A stretch of DNA of 64,000 bases from Octopus vulgaris (Eukaryota), in assembly GCA_951406725.2 (NCBI GenBank), contig OX597819.1, positions 7,440,001 to 7,504,000 on the forward strand, written 5' to 3'. Made by a program: the position numbers and the translations under genes. Below the pieces are notes generated by a model that ran no database searches, had not been told where the DNA came from, and was given only the letters and a program-made list of their open reading frames with translations. Below are positions 1 to 11,940 of this stretch, in pieces (the stretch's first letter is position 1; each line of letters opens with the position of its first letter).

Positions 1-421
1 GAGATAGAGATGCTCAATATAGAAAACTTGTAGTAGAACCCAAATGATTTGAACTTAAATTCAGAAATCTTTATTGAGGACAAAGTACATGGGATAAAGA
101 GTGGCTATAAAAGAAATTTAGGTGAGCTGCTATGGAGACAGTGATGCAAATGCACACTCTAATTTTGCACATTCCACCCCCAATTATGAACATTCTGACC
201 TCCCGATAACAGCAGAGTTAGAAATCGTATGCATTCTTTCCTTAGTATTCTGTATTTTTTTTATACTCCATGCAAATGTAAATTTATTTGTCTATATACA
301 TAAATATCTATGTGTTTATCTCCTGAATATATTTAGTTATTTGTATCTATACGTATCTGTGTGTGTGGATGTGTGTGTGCATGTGTGTGTATGTGTATTT
401 ATATATGAAACCTAATCCTGA

Positions 422-473
<52 letters not shown>

Positions 474-475
<2 letters not shown>

Positions 476-679
476 GGAGTAAACACATAAATGAGAAACA
501 AGGTGGAAAAAAGAGTACTCAAATACCAATGGTAGAGTAATATGCTTTATTTAAAGCAGCAGAAAATTCAACAAAACCTGTTACTCTGAGTTTTCTAGCA
601 AAAACTGTCCGATGAACGGCAACGGGAAACTCAGAGTAACAGGTTTTGTTGAATTTTCTGCTGCTTTAAATAAAGTATA
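474..679 (+). mobile_element. Penelope-derived fold-back element within (TA)n
   Basis: Inverted arms 541-593 / 627-679, hammerhead-like motif at 601-647, (TA)n on both sides. Confidence 0.7.
601..647 (+). ncRNA. minimal type I hammerhead-like motif (CCGA core variant)
   Basis: aaaactgt-CCGATGA-acggcaacgg-GAAA-ctcagag-TA-acaggtttt; stems I and III pair, stem II weak. Confidence 0.55.
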
Positions 680-741
680 TATATATTCAAAAATGAATTA
701 GAAGCAGTGCTAGTGTTGTAAACATTATTGACCACACATAC

Positions 742-1010
742 TCAATATATGCAATATATGTTCTCAGCTTGTTGGCCATAGGTCAGCATTTGGCATGGTG
801 GAGATGCCTTCCTCACAGCACCGGTAGTTAAATCACCTGAAAGTCATAAACAAGTGAAACATAAATGGTGAAACATCAATGTTCATCATTCCTGAATGGG
901 ATTTGGGATGAGCTATCTCACCTGTCTATGACTTTCAGGTGTTTTAAATCCTGGTGCTTCGAGGGAAACATCTCCACCATACCGGCAAATAAGCAAAACA
1001 CATACATTGA
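742..1010. repeat. imperfect fold-back (MITE-like hairpin)
   Basis: 792-857 is approximately the reverse complement of 918-983; weaker pairing extends outward. Confidence 0.7.
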
Positions 1011-1346
1011 TAATATATATATTTAATTCTTATTTCTAGCAATGTAGGTGCTACCCTGCACCGTCAATCACAATTAGTGATGATTGAATTTTTCCTCTTT
1101 GATTTTATATTGCGTATAGCTGTCTTCGTTATTTTATATATATATGCATACACACACACACAGAAGGATTGCCCAAAAGTAATGCAAAAGTGGGCATTTG
1201 TCATTAACTGACACAGGTTGTTTAAATAGCACGTGTTGGTAGAGTGACTTGTCTATACTCTCTGTAATTCTTTCTCTAAACTATTCAACATGAATCCAGC
1301 TCTCAAATTCTCTTTGAAAACATTTGGGTGCAGTTTCATGGTGGAT

Positions 1347-1758
1347 ACTCTTTACTCTTTTACTTGTTTCAGTCATTTGACTGCGGCCATGCTGGAGCAC
1401 CACCTTTAATCGAGCAACTCAACCCCGGGACTTATTTTTTTGTAAGCCCAGTACTTATTCTATCGGTCTCTTTTTACCGAACCGCTAAGTAACGGGGACA
1501 TAAACACACCAGCATCAGTTGTCAAGCAATGGTAGGGGGCCAAACACAGACACACAAACACACACACGCATATATATACATATATATATATATACGACAG
1601 GCTTCTTTCAGTTTCCGTCTACCAAATCCACTCATAAGGCTTTGGTCGGCCCAAGGCTATAGCAGAAGACACTTGCCCAAGATGCCACGCAGTGGGACTG
1701 AACCCTGAACCATGTGGTTGGTTAGCAAGCTACTTACCACACAGCCACTCCTGCACCT
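1347..1758 (-). mobile_element. tRNA-derived SINE family A
   Basis: Head GGYGCAGGAGTGGCTGTGTGGTAAG with A/B-box-like motifs, internal (TA)/(TG) tract, GTAAAAGA tail; more than 15 copies in window. Confidence 0.95.
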
Positions 1759-1984
1759 ATGTCAATTATTTTCAGATTCTTAGTCTATCTTTTTTCTCTA
1801 ATGGCTTCTCTATGCTTTTTAAGTGTCCCAGTGTTCCACTTGCTGTTCACAGTGAAGGCATTGTTGGAGAACATCAATGAGAGTAATACCCTTGTCATTC
1901 TGCAAAACAGTCATCAAGACTTCCTGGGCTCATCACTGGTTCTTGAACTTCTTAGGGTGCAGAGAAGAGGTGTGATGTATTGTC

Positions 1985-2352
1985 AACGCCGTTGCCGTGG
2001 AGATCTCATTCTTGCTCACAGCATCATAAGCGGAAAGTGTAACCTCTCAAAAGAGCTGTCCTTCACTCCTGCTCCAGAGCGTCGGCTGCGGGGTCATTCC
2101 AAAAAGCTCTATCTGCGACGATTTCATCTCAATCGAAGGAGAAGGGCTTTCTCCGTCCGGGTTGCGGATCCATGGAATAAACTGCTGGACGACATGGTGA
2201 AGATGCCGACGACCGCTTGGTTCAAAGTCTCCCTTGACCTCAAGTGGCCTGAACTTTTTACATGAACACCACCCTGTACATAACTCCATGTCCCCCTACA
2301 TGGCCTTGCTTTTTGCTTTTTGAGCCAAAAAATTAACTAACTAACTAACTAA
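1985..2352 (+). mobile_element. CR1-clade LINE 3' fragment
   Basis: RRCRGDLI..RLRGHSKKL..FSVRVADPWNKL C-terminus followed by (TAAC)n tail. Confidence 0.9.
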
Positions 2353-2441
2353 GTCTTCGTTTTCCAGACTGCAATGATTTGTCTACATTCTATATCCTAT
2401 CACCAGATCAGAAAATTTAAAAAAAGCATGTCTTCAATGGC

Positions 2442-2670
2442 TTAACCCTTTTGTTACTGTATATATTTTGAGATGCTCTGTGTTTCTCTCAATTACTTTA
2501 AATATAACAAAGAATTTAATAAAATAATTTCATTATCATTAAGCTGGTGTTAGGAACATAAATTGTGAATAAGATTTGGTGGAAGATTTTAATTCAGAAC
2601 TTTTGAAAACAAGACATTTATATTAAAGAGCCAGAGCTGGTTTCAGCCGGGTTGGTAACAAAAGGGTTAA
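2442..2670. mobile_element. TTAA-flanked piggyBac-like MITE, family 1
   Basis: TTAA-CCCTTT...AAAGGG-TTAA termini, ~228 bp, 8 copies in window. Confidence 0.9.
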
Positions 2671-3105
2671 ACTGCTTCCAGCAGATTGGTTCAGACTTCT
2701 ACTTCTAAAATAGTGTCAACTGTCAATGGACCCATTTTGCACAAACTTTCTCATATCCAAAGTCCTCTACTGTCTTCTGTAATGCATTGCAGTTACAGAC
2801 CAATTGTGCAGTAAATTTATGGAATATGATTTGTCTACCTGAATGAACCCATTCGTCCAGTCACACTTGATGCTTTCCTACAGCGTAGTTTGTCTTCAAC
2901 GCTGGTTTTCCTTTCTTTAAATTTCATCCATGTGTGCACACTAGTCTTGACAATAGTGTCCTCTCCATAAACAATCCATAACATTCAGTGAATGGCACCC
3001 TGCACTCATCTTTTGTTCACTCAATAACGACCAGTCACTTCTGCTTAGAACCCATTATTTGCCTGCAGTGAAGTAGAATAGGATGAATAGTTATTCTATT
3101 GATAT

Positions 3106-3506
3106 ACTCTTACTCTTTACAATTTTACTTGTTTCAGTCATTTGACTGCAGCCATGCTGGAGCACCGCCTTTAATCGAGCAAATCGACCCCAGGACTTAT
3201 TCTTTGTAAGTCCAGTACTTATTCTATCGGTCTCTTTTGACGAACCGCTAAGTGACGGGGACGTAAACACACCAGCATCGGTTGTCAAGCAATGCTAGGG
3301 GGACAAACACAGACACACAAACACACATATATATACATATATACGACGGGCTTCTTTCAGTTTCCGTCTACCAAATCCACTCACAAGGCTTTGGTCGGCC
3401 CGGGGCTATAGCAGAAGGCACTTGTCCAAGGTGCCACGCAGTGGGACTGAACCCGGAACCATGTGGTTGGTTAGCAAGCTACTTACCACACAGCCACTCC
3501 TGCGCC
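3106..3506 (-). mobile_element. SINE family A
   Basis: Near full-length match to other copies. Confidence 0.95.
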
Positions 3507-4369
3507 TTGTGTGCAATTTAACGAACTTTGTAGGTTAAAATAAAAAAATCATTTCCACTTTTGCATTACTTTGGCGCAACCTTCGAGTGTATTTACGCCC
3601 ACAAGCATACATAAATAGATGTACACATAAAGACGCGAAAAACACACACACACATGATAGAAAATTATAGTAATTATCAAAGCAAAAATTGCGCTTGTAA
3701 TTCATACTGTAAGAAGGGAAATAATTCACAAAGAACTTGCAGAATCACTTCCCCTGGTAACTGAAAGGAAATGACGAGCGAATACATCGATAAAAGTTGT
3801 ATTCACGTTCGATACTGGTAAAATGTGTCGCATAGAACAGGGTTTATTCTTAATGTTTTTGACAAAAGTTTGTATTTTAGAAGTTAGATAAGTGCCAATA
3901 CATGAAACTCTCAGCTTTTGACTTACTCTCTAACTTCTGCCGATGATATATATACATATATGTGTAAAAAATCTCATCATCCAATTGAACCAATGAAAGA
4001 GCCTCTACGTGGTCGCTCGACACACTAAAAATAGCAGCCAAAGTATCCCCCTACCTAAATCACAAACCCAAATATTCTTTATCATAATCAAAACACTGTA
4101 GCAAATTTAAAAGAGGATTATTGGTGGAAGATTTAATGATGGAAGAAATTTATCTTCATTTTGAAATGGAATTTCAACAAAAGTTTACATTCATCAAATA
4201 TGACACTGTTAGATGCATTAGATTGCATCAACATACTTGCAACATCTTTTATAAATGAAGTTTGCAGCTGCAGTACAACTCCTGGTTGCGGTAGACAAAC
4301 ACGACTAATGGTCCTCAACGATTAAAATTTTTGATTACTAAAACCACAAATTCACTTTCGAAAATCATG

Positions 4370-4980
4370 AAACATCTTCACTCAATACTGAACATGGAAT
4401 TTGCATCACTGGTCTGGAACCCCTATCTTGCCAAGGATATCAATCGTCTGGAAGCTGTTCAGCGACGTGCAACCAAAAGAATACCCTCCATCAGGCATTT
4501 GCCATATCCTGAACGCCTTACTTCCCTGGGCATGGACACATTGAAACTCCGACATCTGGCAGCTGATTTGGCAGACACCCATAAAATTATCAACCATTGT
4601 ACAAACAATAACTCTGAGCACCTTTTCAAACTCCACCCATCTAACACCCGTAAACATATTTACAAAGTCAGAAAACAGCACAACTCCCATGACTTTAGGA
4701 AACATTTTTTTCACGCTGAGAGTTGCTGAAGCATGGAACAAACTGCCGGCATCAGTTGTTAGTTGTCGGAGCACTGCATCCTTCAAGACTTCCATGCTTT
4801 CTGAGATTCGCCAACCCTACACCTGACTTTCTTCCCTCCATACACACACAGGCATGTATCTGACTCATACATTGTTCGCTTTCCAGACATTTTTACATTA
4901 CTGCATGTACTTTATACACACTTTCTGACAAGTTGTGGTGCACCTGAGCACTGTATACAATAATTTCATTATTATTATTT
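4370..4980 (+). mobile_element. CR1-clade LINE 3' fragment
   Basis: EFASLVWNPYLAKDINRLEAVQRRATK...RVAEAWNKLP, then (ATT)n tail. Confidence 0.92.
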
Positions 4981-5366
4981 TAACATGAAATTACTTCCAG
5001 AATTGAATTTCCTCCTGAATTTAAATATCTTGTTATTCAAATTCATAGATTTTTAATTAATCAAAATATTAATATGGAAGAAAGAATCAAATGTGATGTA
5101 ATGAACTTCAGTTCAAAAAAGCAGCAAATATTTGGCACAAATTTTACTCTAAAAGCTGCTGTTATTCATACAGGACCAACATCGAGAGCAGACCATTATA
5201 CCACACTCATTAAAACTGGAGGTGATATTTAGGATGAAATCAGTGACAACATCATTACAAAAAGACATACTAAATTTCCTCCCAAATTGCCTGACATTGT
5301 TTTATTATTTATGGAAAAAAATGTTAAAAAATTAAAAAACTAAATTCAGTGGAATTGTAACTAAAA

Positions 5367-5607
5367 ATGGCACGTTAAAAGCACCAAACGATCGTGGCCA
5401 ATGCCAGACCCCCCTGGCACCTGTGCAGGTGGCACGTAAAAAGCACCCACTGCACTCGCAGAGTGGTTGGCGTTAGGAAGGGCATCCAGCTGTAGAAACA
5501 CTGCCAGATCAGACTGGAGCCTGGTGCAGCACCTGGTTTCCCAGACCCCGGTCGAACCGTCCAACCTGTGCTAGCGCGGAAAAAGGACGTTAAACGATGA
5601 TGATGAT
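5367..5607 (+). mobile_element. RTE 3'-tail element
   Basis: Matches the 3' UTR of the RTE LINEs in this window; (GAT)n tail. Confidence 0.9.
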
Positions 5608-6942
5608 TGTATGATTGATCAATGATTATTTAGGAACAAAATTCACAAATAAAAAAACGAGAACATTTCCTTAAATTTGGAAATGGAAAATGGTTTTTAT
5701 GGTTTATAAAATGGTTTCATTATATGAAAAACCAAATATTTACAAAAAATTGAAGGTACAATAATAGTAATTTTTATTGCAAAATTAGGTTACTTAAGGT
5801 GAGCCTGGTAACTGATGGTTTTGATGTCTTGTTGTTTGTAACTTTTTGTGAGCCATGGTGCAACCAACAACATGGTAAAAATCCCTGCCATTAATTTGGT
5901 GTGGATGGGTAATATCAAATAATTCAGTCACAACATATATTTAAATCAAACATGAAAAAAATGAAATATTATCTTTCAGTATTTTATACGGTAAAATCAT
6001 AAATTATTAATCGACACATTATTAATTATCTTATAACAGCAATGCCTGGATAAATCATGGATTACATAGAAAAATGTGAGCATGAAAAGTAATATTCTTG
6101 AAACTATAAGCCTGGAAAAGTACAAGATTATAAACAAATGCCCGTTCTTCTAATTTATCACACTTTACAGTTCTCATGTTTTAAATTTATTGTACAAAAC
6201 TGTTCAGCTAATTTGTAAGTTTGTCTAATTAGTGACTATTTTTCTGTATTTAAGGTAGCAAATTAGCCGAATTCTACTTAAATAAGCACAGTGTTATTTG
6301 TAAACTATAATAATATAATTTTTGATATTCAAATTTTGATTTTAGCTACAATATTTTAAGTAAAAAGTTTCTTATTATTTACTTGAAGTAATAGTTTGAC
6401 CTATACTTTTACAGGTGTAATAACTTGTCTTGTACTTTTCCAGGTTTATAATCTTAAGAATATTACTTTTCATGCTTGCATTTTTCCATGTATTAAAATT
6501 ATTGTGTGTGTGTGTATGTATCACAAAATAAGAAAACTAAGAGATTAATTGCAGATGCCTAACAACAAAAACTTAAAATACAATACGAAGGGGAGTAACT
6601 CAGAGGAAAAACATTCTTCACTTATTTGATGAAAAGTAGACCAGCCTTCACCGTACTATATTTTAGCGCTATCTTGAACTACATTATTTAAAAAAGAAAC
6701 CAAGTGTGATTTGGATGCTATTTGAAGCATTGTTGCTTATTCAATCCTAAACTGGTAATTTTTATATCAATATTTCGATTCTTTCAATTGTTAATAATTT
6801 CCAAGGCGATTAAGAATTGTGAAAACAAAGTTATCAAAATGAAAATATCGAAGATATCAATTAAAATAGTTGTAATTAAATCCATGAAAACGACTTGATT
6901 ACCAATGTGTTCTAGTTTTGAGCTGTCTTTGTGAAACATAAA

Positions 6943-7341
6943 TCTTTATATATAAAAGTGAAGTTGTGTGTCTGTCTCCTACGATTTAGATTCCTAACTA
7001 CTCCCACATTTTGCGGTGCAGTTTAACCAAAACCGGGTATCTTATAGTCGTGATTCATATCGAGCCCTTCTGGGTATTAGCGCGCGTCTACGATGAGTCT
7101 ACGATTAAAAAAAAAAATTACCATAATATTTTTCCATTTTAATGCATTTTTGGCATATATAAGGGAAGTAACTCTCTAAAAATGTCTACGATGAGTCAAC
7201 GATTTAAAAAAAAAAATTACCATAATTTTTTTTTTCCATTTTTAATGCACTTTTTTGCTATTTTTTTGGCTATAACTCTCTAAAAATGGTTATATAGTTA
7301 TTTTCCTTACAAACCCGAGCAACGCCGGGCGATACTGCTAG
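6943..7341 (+). mobile_element. non-autonomous Helitron
   Basis: A|TC...CTAG|T termini with subterminal hairpin cccgagcaacgccggg; 4 copies. Confidence 0.88.
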
Positions 7342-7536
7342 TGTTCAATAAATATCTGGAAAAAAATTAGTTTGAAATATATTCAATGAGGAAAATTTGC
7401 CGCGCGCACGAGAGAGAATCAAAGAGGTATTCTAATTCTGTGCGTTCAAAAATACAAAAAATGCAATTAAAAAATATTCAGACTTGAAACCCACAATCTA
7501 ATGGCATCTAACACGATTTCAAATACAGTCAGTATA

Positions 7537-7707
7537 GGCGCAGGAGTGGCTGTGTGGTAAGTAGCTTGTTTACCAACCACATGGTTCCAGGTTCAGTCCC
7601 ACTGCGTGGCATCTTGGGCAAGTGTCTTCTACTATAGCCTCGGGTCAACCAAAACCTTGTGAGTGGAATTGGTAGACGGAAACTGAAAAGAAGCCTGTGT
7701 ATATATC

Positions 7708-7756
<49 letters not shown>

Positions 7757-7907
7757 TGTAGTGTGTGTTTGTCCCCCTAGCATTGCTTGACAACCAATGC
7801 TGGTGTGTTTATGTCCCCGTTACTTAGCGGTTCGGCAAAAGAGACCGATAGAATAAGTGCTGGGCTTACAAAAGAATAAGTCCCGGGGTCGAGTTGCTCG
7901 ATTAAAG
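7537..7907 (+). mobile_element. SINE family A, 3' truncated
   Basis: Head to core present, abuts a partial MITE. Confidence 0.9.
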
Positions 7908-8112
7908 CCAAAACCGGCTCTGGCTCTGTTGTACAAATGTCTTGTTTTCATAAGTTTTGAATTAAGATATTCCACCAAGCCTTAGTCACAATTAACGTTC
8001 CTAACACTAGCTTCATGATAATTAAGCTATTTTACTAAATTCTTTGTTATATTTTAAATAACTGAAAAAAACACAGAAGATCTCAAAATAAATACAGTAA
8101 TGAAAGGGTTAA
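7908..8112. mobile_element. TTAA MITE family 1, partial
   Basis: Family body and one terminus. Confidence 0.85.
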
Positions 8113-9052
8113 ATCCTCTGAAATTCACTGATGATATTGTAATCATTTCCAAGGGCATTACAGAATCAACAGCAATGCTCAAAGAATTCAAAGAAGAAAG
8201 CAAAAATTGTGGACTTAGAATTAATGTTAGTCAAATGAAGATAATCTCCAACCATCACAGCTGGAAATGTAGTAACAGATGATGAAATAGTTGAACATGT
8301 GAGACAATACACCTATCTTGGACAAACAATCTGCTTAACCCTTTCGATACCAACCCGGCTGAAACCGGCTCAGGGCTCTGAGTACAAATGTCTCGTTTTC
8401 ATAAGCTTTGAATTAAAATCTTCCACCAAACCTTAGTTACAATTTATGTTCCTAACACTAGCTGAATGATAACAAAGCTATTTTACTAAATTCTTTGTTA
8501 TATTTAAAGTAATTGAAAGAAACACAGAGCATCTCGAAATAAATGCAGTAATAAAAGGGTTAAAGGATAAAAATTAGACCAAAGAAGTTGAACAATGAAC
8601 GCAATTACAATGTGTATCCTTTGGTAAATTGAATCACATCATGAGCAATAACTTACCCATGTGTCTAAAAAGAAAGGTCCTCAACCAGTGTATGTTTCCT
8701 GCTATCATGTGGGCATCAGAAACATGGACTAACAAGAGCATTGGAAATAAATTAAGATCAACACCAAAGAGCCATGGAAAAGAGAAAGCTGACGATTAAT
8801 GAAGAAACAACTGGATAAGAGTTGCAATAGATTTAATGGATATTGGGGAATAAAAATCATGAAATGGTCCTTCACAGGATATTTAGGAAAATGGATGCTA
8901 GATAGAATAGCAAATTGACAGAGTGGATAGCTTATTCAGAAAAAAGGAGAAGACATCCAAACATGGATGAGGGAAACATCAGACCATGCTTGGTGGAGAG
9001 AACATATGAAGGCCTTCATCCAGCAGTGGACTGAACGTATGCAAGGGTGATG
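8113..9052 (+). mobile_element. old RTE-clade LINE 3' fossil
   Basis: LKFTDDIVII..KNCGLRIN, YTYLGQ, LKRKVLNQC..ASETWT; interrupted by MITE at 8335-8563. Confidence 0.8.
8335..8563. mobile_element. TTAA MITE family 1
   Basis: Both TTAA-CCCTTT termini. Confidence 0.9.
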
Positions 9053-9244
9053 TATATATGTGTGTATGTACTTGTGTATACAGTGCAGCACCTCTTTAGC
9101 TTAATCAATGTTATTAGCTAGGTTGATAGGTCAGTCGTACATTCTATATCACAACTTGGCTGTCATGCCCAACAAAGTGAGATTTGAATTAACTCCTAAT
9201 CCAATGTCTTCCTTTGACACAAGTTTCATCTACTGTTAGTGCAT

Positions 9245-9450
9245 ACTCTTTTACTTGTTTCAGTCATTTGACTGCGGCCATGCTGGAGCACCGCCTTTAG
9301 TCGACCAAATCGACCCCACCGGGACTTATTCTTTGTAAGCCCAGTACTTATTCTATGGGGTCTCTTTTGCCGAACTGCTAAGTGACGGGGACGTAAACAC
9401 ACCAGCATCAGTTGTCAAGCAATGCTAGGGGGACAAACACAGACACACAA

Positions 9451-9503
<53 letters not shown>

Positions 9504-9678
9504 TATATACATATATACGACAGGCTTCTTTCAGTTTCCGTGTACCAAATCCACTCACAAGGCATTGGTCGGCCCGGGGTTATAGCAGAAGACACTTGCC
9601 CAAGATGCCACGCAGTGGGACTGAACCCGGAACCGTGTGGTTGGTAATCAAGCTACTTACCACACAGCCACTCCTGCA
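9245..9678 (-). mobile_element. SINE family A
   Basis: Family match. Confidence 0.95.
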
Positions 9679-10260
9679 TGATTATGTTTTTATAAAAAAT
9701 TAAAAAAATGAATAAACATTATGAAAGCTAGTACCAAGAATTGAAAATACTTCTGATATTCTTGGGTAGATTGACTATTTGCAGTGTTTGCTTCATTTTG
9801 TGCCATGATCCCCTCCCACTTTCTTTTACTCTACAAGGTCAAACTGCAGTTAAAGGAAGATTTTATTACTCGGTATGCGGCACAATTGTTATTTTAATGG
9901 TTTAGTTAGGGAAGGGTAGCATTCATGACTTTTCTGCAGAGCTTCTTAAGAGTAAATTGATATCCTTAGATGGTAGACTTGGTATGAATAATTGCAGCTA
10001 AGTGAATTCCTGTAAAGGCAGAGAAAAACAACTAATTATGTCTATCACACAAAATGGATACAATCCACACTAATGAGTTACCGACTTTAACTGACAAGGA
10101 TTGGGTTGATCTAAAACTAAAGTAGAAACCATTTGTCCAAGGTATCACATAATGAGATTGAACCTTATGACAGCAAAATGACCTTAACAGAGCTAAAACT
10201 ATAGATGAATCAAAAGGCTGTATCTTCAGTGACACAATAGTGCTAACTAATTGATTATAT

Positions 10261-10526
10261 ATCATCATCATCATCGTTTAGCGTCCGCTTTCCATGCTAG
10301 CATGGGTTGGACGGTTCATCTGGGGTCTGGGAAGCCAGAAGGCTGCACCAGGCCCAGTTTGATCTGGCAATGTTTCTATGGCTGGATGCCCTTCCTAACG
10401 CCAACAACTCCATGAGTGTAGTGGGTGCTTTTTACGTTCCACCCGCACAGGTGCCAGACGGAGCTGGCAAACGGCCACGATCGGATGGTGCTTTTTATGT
10501 GCAATGGACACAGGTGCCAGACGAGG
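10261..10526 (-). mobile_element. RTE 3'-tail element
   Basis: (CAT)n followed by family body. Confidence 0.9.
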
Positions 10527-10932
10527 CTGACAGTCTGGCCCTGGGGCACAGCAGTGCACAATATCACATTTCTGGTTGTGATGCTCATAGCAGGTCCTCC
10601 AGGAACATACTTCCACTCTTGAAGTGCCTGTGCCACTCAAAACATTGTGTATGACCCATTGCTTTGGTGTCATAAACTTGCTGGAGCATGCTTACTGTCT
10701 CTGTAGCTGACTTCCCAAGTTTAATGCAAAATTTCACGTTAGCCGACCGTTAGCAGACCACAGCATACACACGATCAGAAAAACACAAATTTCACAACTT
10801 GCGAAGTATACCCAGTGATGTCACTTGGCCTCATGAAGATCTCTGCTAACTCTCAGTGTGCACACAATCATATGCTGCCATCTGTTGGCACACTACAGAA
10901 CTAGTTTGGAAACTTCTTGATACCATCTTGTA
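10527..10932 (-). mobile_element. internally deleted mariner element
   Basis: TIR-like tacaagatggtatcaagaagtttc; NVKFCIKLGKSATETVSMLQQVY..CFEWHRHFKSG HTH; VPQGQTV. Confidence 0.88.
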
Positions 10933-11001
10933 TATGTGTGCATGTGTTTTTGTCGGGTGTGTGCATGTATGCAACATATATATGCATATATATATATAGA
11001 A

Positions 11002-11232
11002 GGCGGCGATCTGGCAGAAACGTTAGCACGCTGGGCGAAATGCGTTGCCGTATTTCGTCTGCCGTTACGTTCCGAGTTCAAATTCTGCCGAGGTCGACTT
11101 TGCCTTTCATCCTTCCGGGGTCGATAAATTAAGTACCAGCTATGCACTGGGGTCGATGTAATTGACTTAATCAGTTTGTCTGTCCTTGTTTGTCCTCTCT
11201 GTGTTTAGCCCCTTGTGGGTAGTAAAGAAATA
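11002..11232 (+). mobile_element. SINE family C (Nin/Deu-like core)
   Basis: GGCGGCGA..CTGGCAGAAACGTTAG head and GTCGACTTTGCCTTTCATCC..GGGGTCGATAAA core. Confidence 0.9.
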
Positions 11233-11608
11233 TATATATGCATATATGCATGATTTTATGTTTGGGTGTGACAGATGTATGCTAGGGTAGTTGCAACTGT
11301 GTTGCTGGTGGGGGGGACATGTCTAGGTCTGAGGTTTGATGGTGTGGTGGGGAGGGAAGAGAGAAGGGCAGATGTATGGATGTGTATATGTGTGTCTGTG
11401 TGTGTGCGTGTGTAAGTATGTACATTTGTGTATAAATGTATGAGTGCATACATGTTTGTCTGGAAGAGCATACATGCTGCATGTTTTTGTCTGGTATGTG
11501 CATAAATATATATATGCAAGCTTTTAATATTTATGTATGCGGGTATGACAGATGTGTGTGTATATATATATATATATATATCACGTGACCGTGATATATA
11601 TATATATA

Positions 11609-11911
11609 CACGTGACACGTGACCGACCAGACCATCAGATGTTTTACACATCGCTGGTCACAATGCGTTCGCATTGTGGAGGCGCAATGGCCTAGTGGTT
11701 AGGGCAGCGGACTCGTGGTCGAAGGATCATGGTTTCGATTCCCAGACCGGGCGTTGTGAGTGTTTATTGAGTGAAAACACCTAAAAGCTCCACGAGGCTC
11801 CGGCAGGGGGTGGTGATCGCTGCTGTACTCTTTCACCACTCTTTCTCTCTTTTTCTTCTGTTGGCCTGCTTACTTAGCCAGCGGGGTGGCGTCATTCGAA
11901 GGCTAAAACAA
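11609..11911. mobile_element. SINE family B variant with apparent inversion
   Basis: tRNA-like head and body on + at 11678-11911; putative tail segment on - at 11609-11677. Confidence 0.75.
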
Positions 11912-11940
11912 ACAAACACACATATATATATATATATATA

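Larger units (their letters stand above)
1760..3055 (-). mobile_element. degraded mariner transposase, interrupted by CR1 and MITE
   Basis: Minus-strand remnants VYGEDT..KFKERKTSVED, FGYEKVCAKWV (WVP motif), PKKFK..VLMTV..DKGITLID, with stops and frameshifts. Confidence 0.8.

Noticed and set aside
122-415. 97-aa hydrophobic ORF
   Set aside because: GTG start, low complexity, ends in a (TG)n tract.
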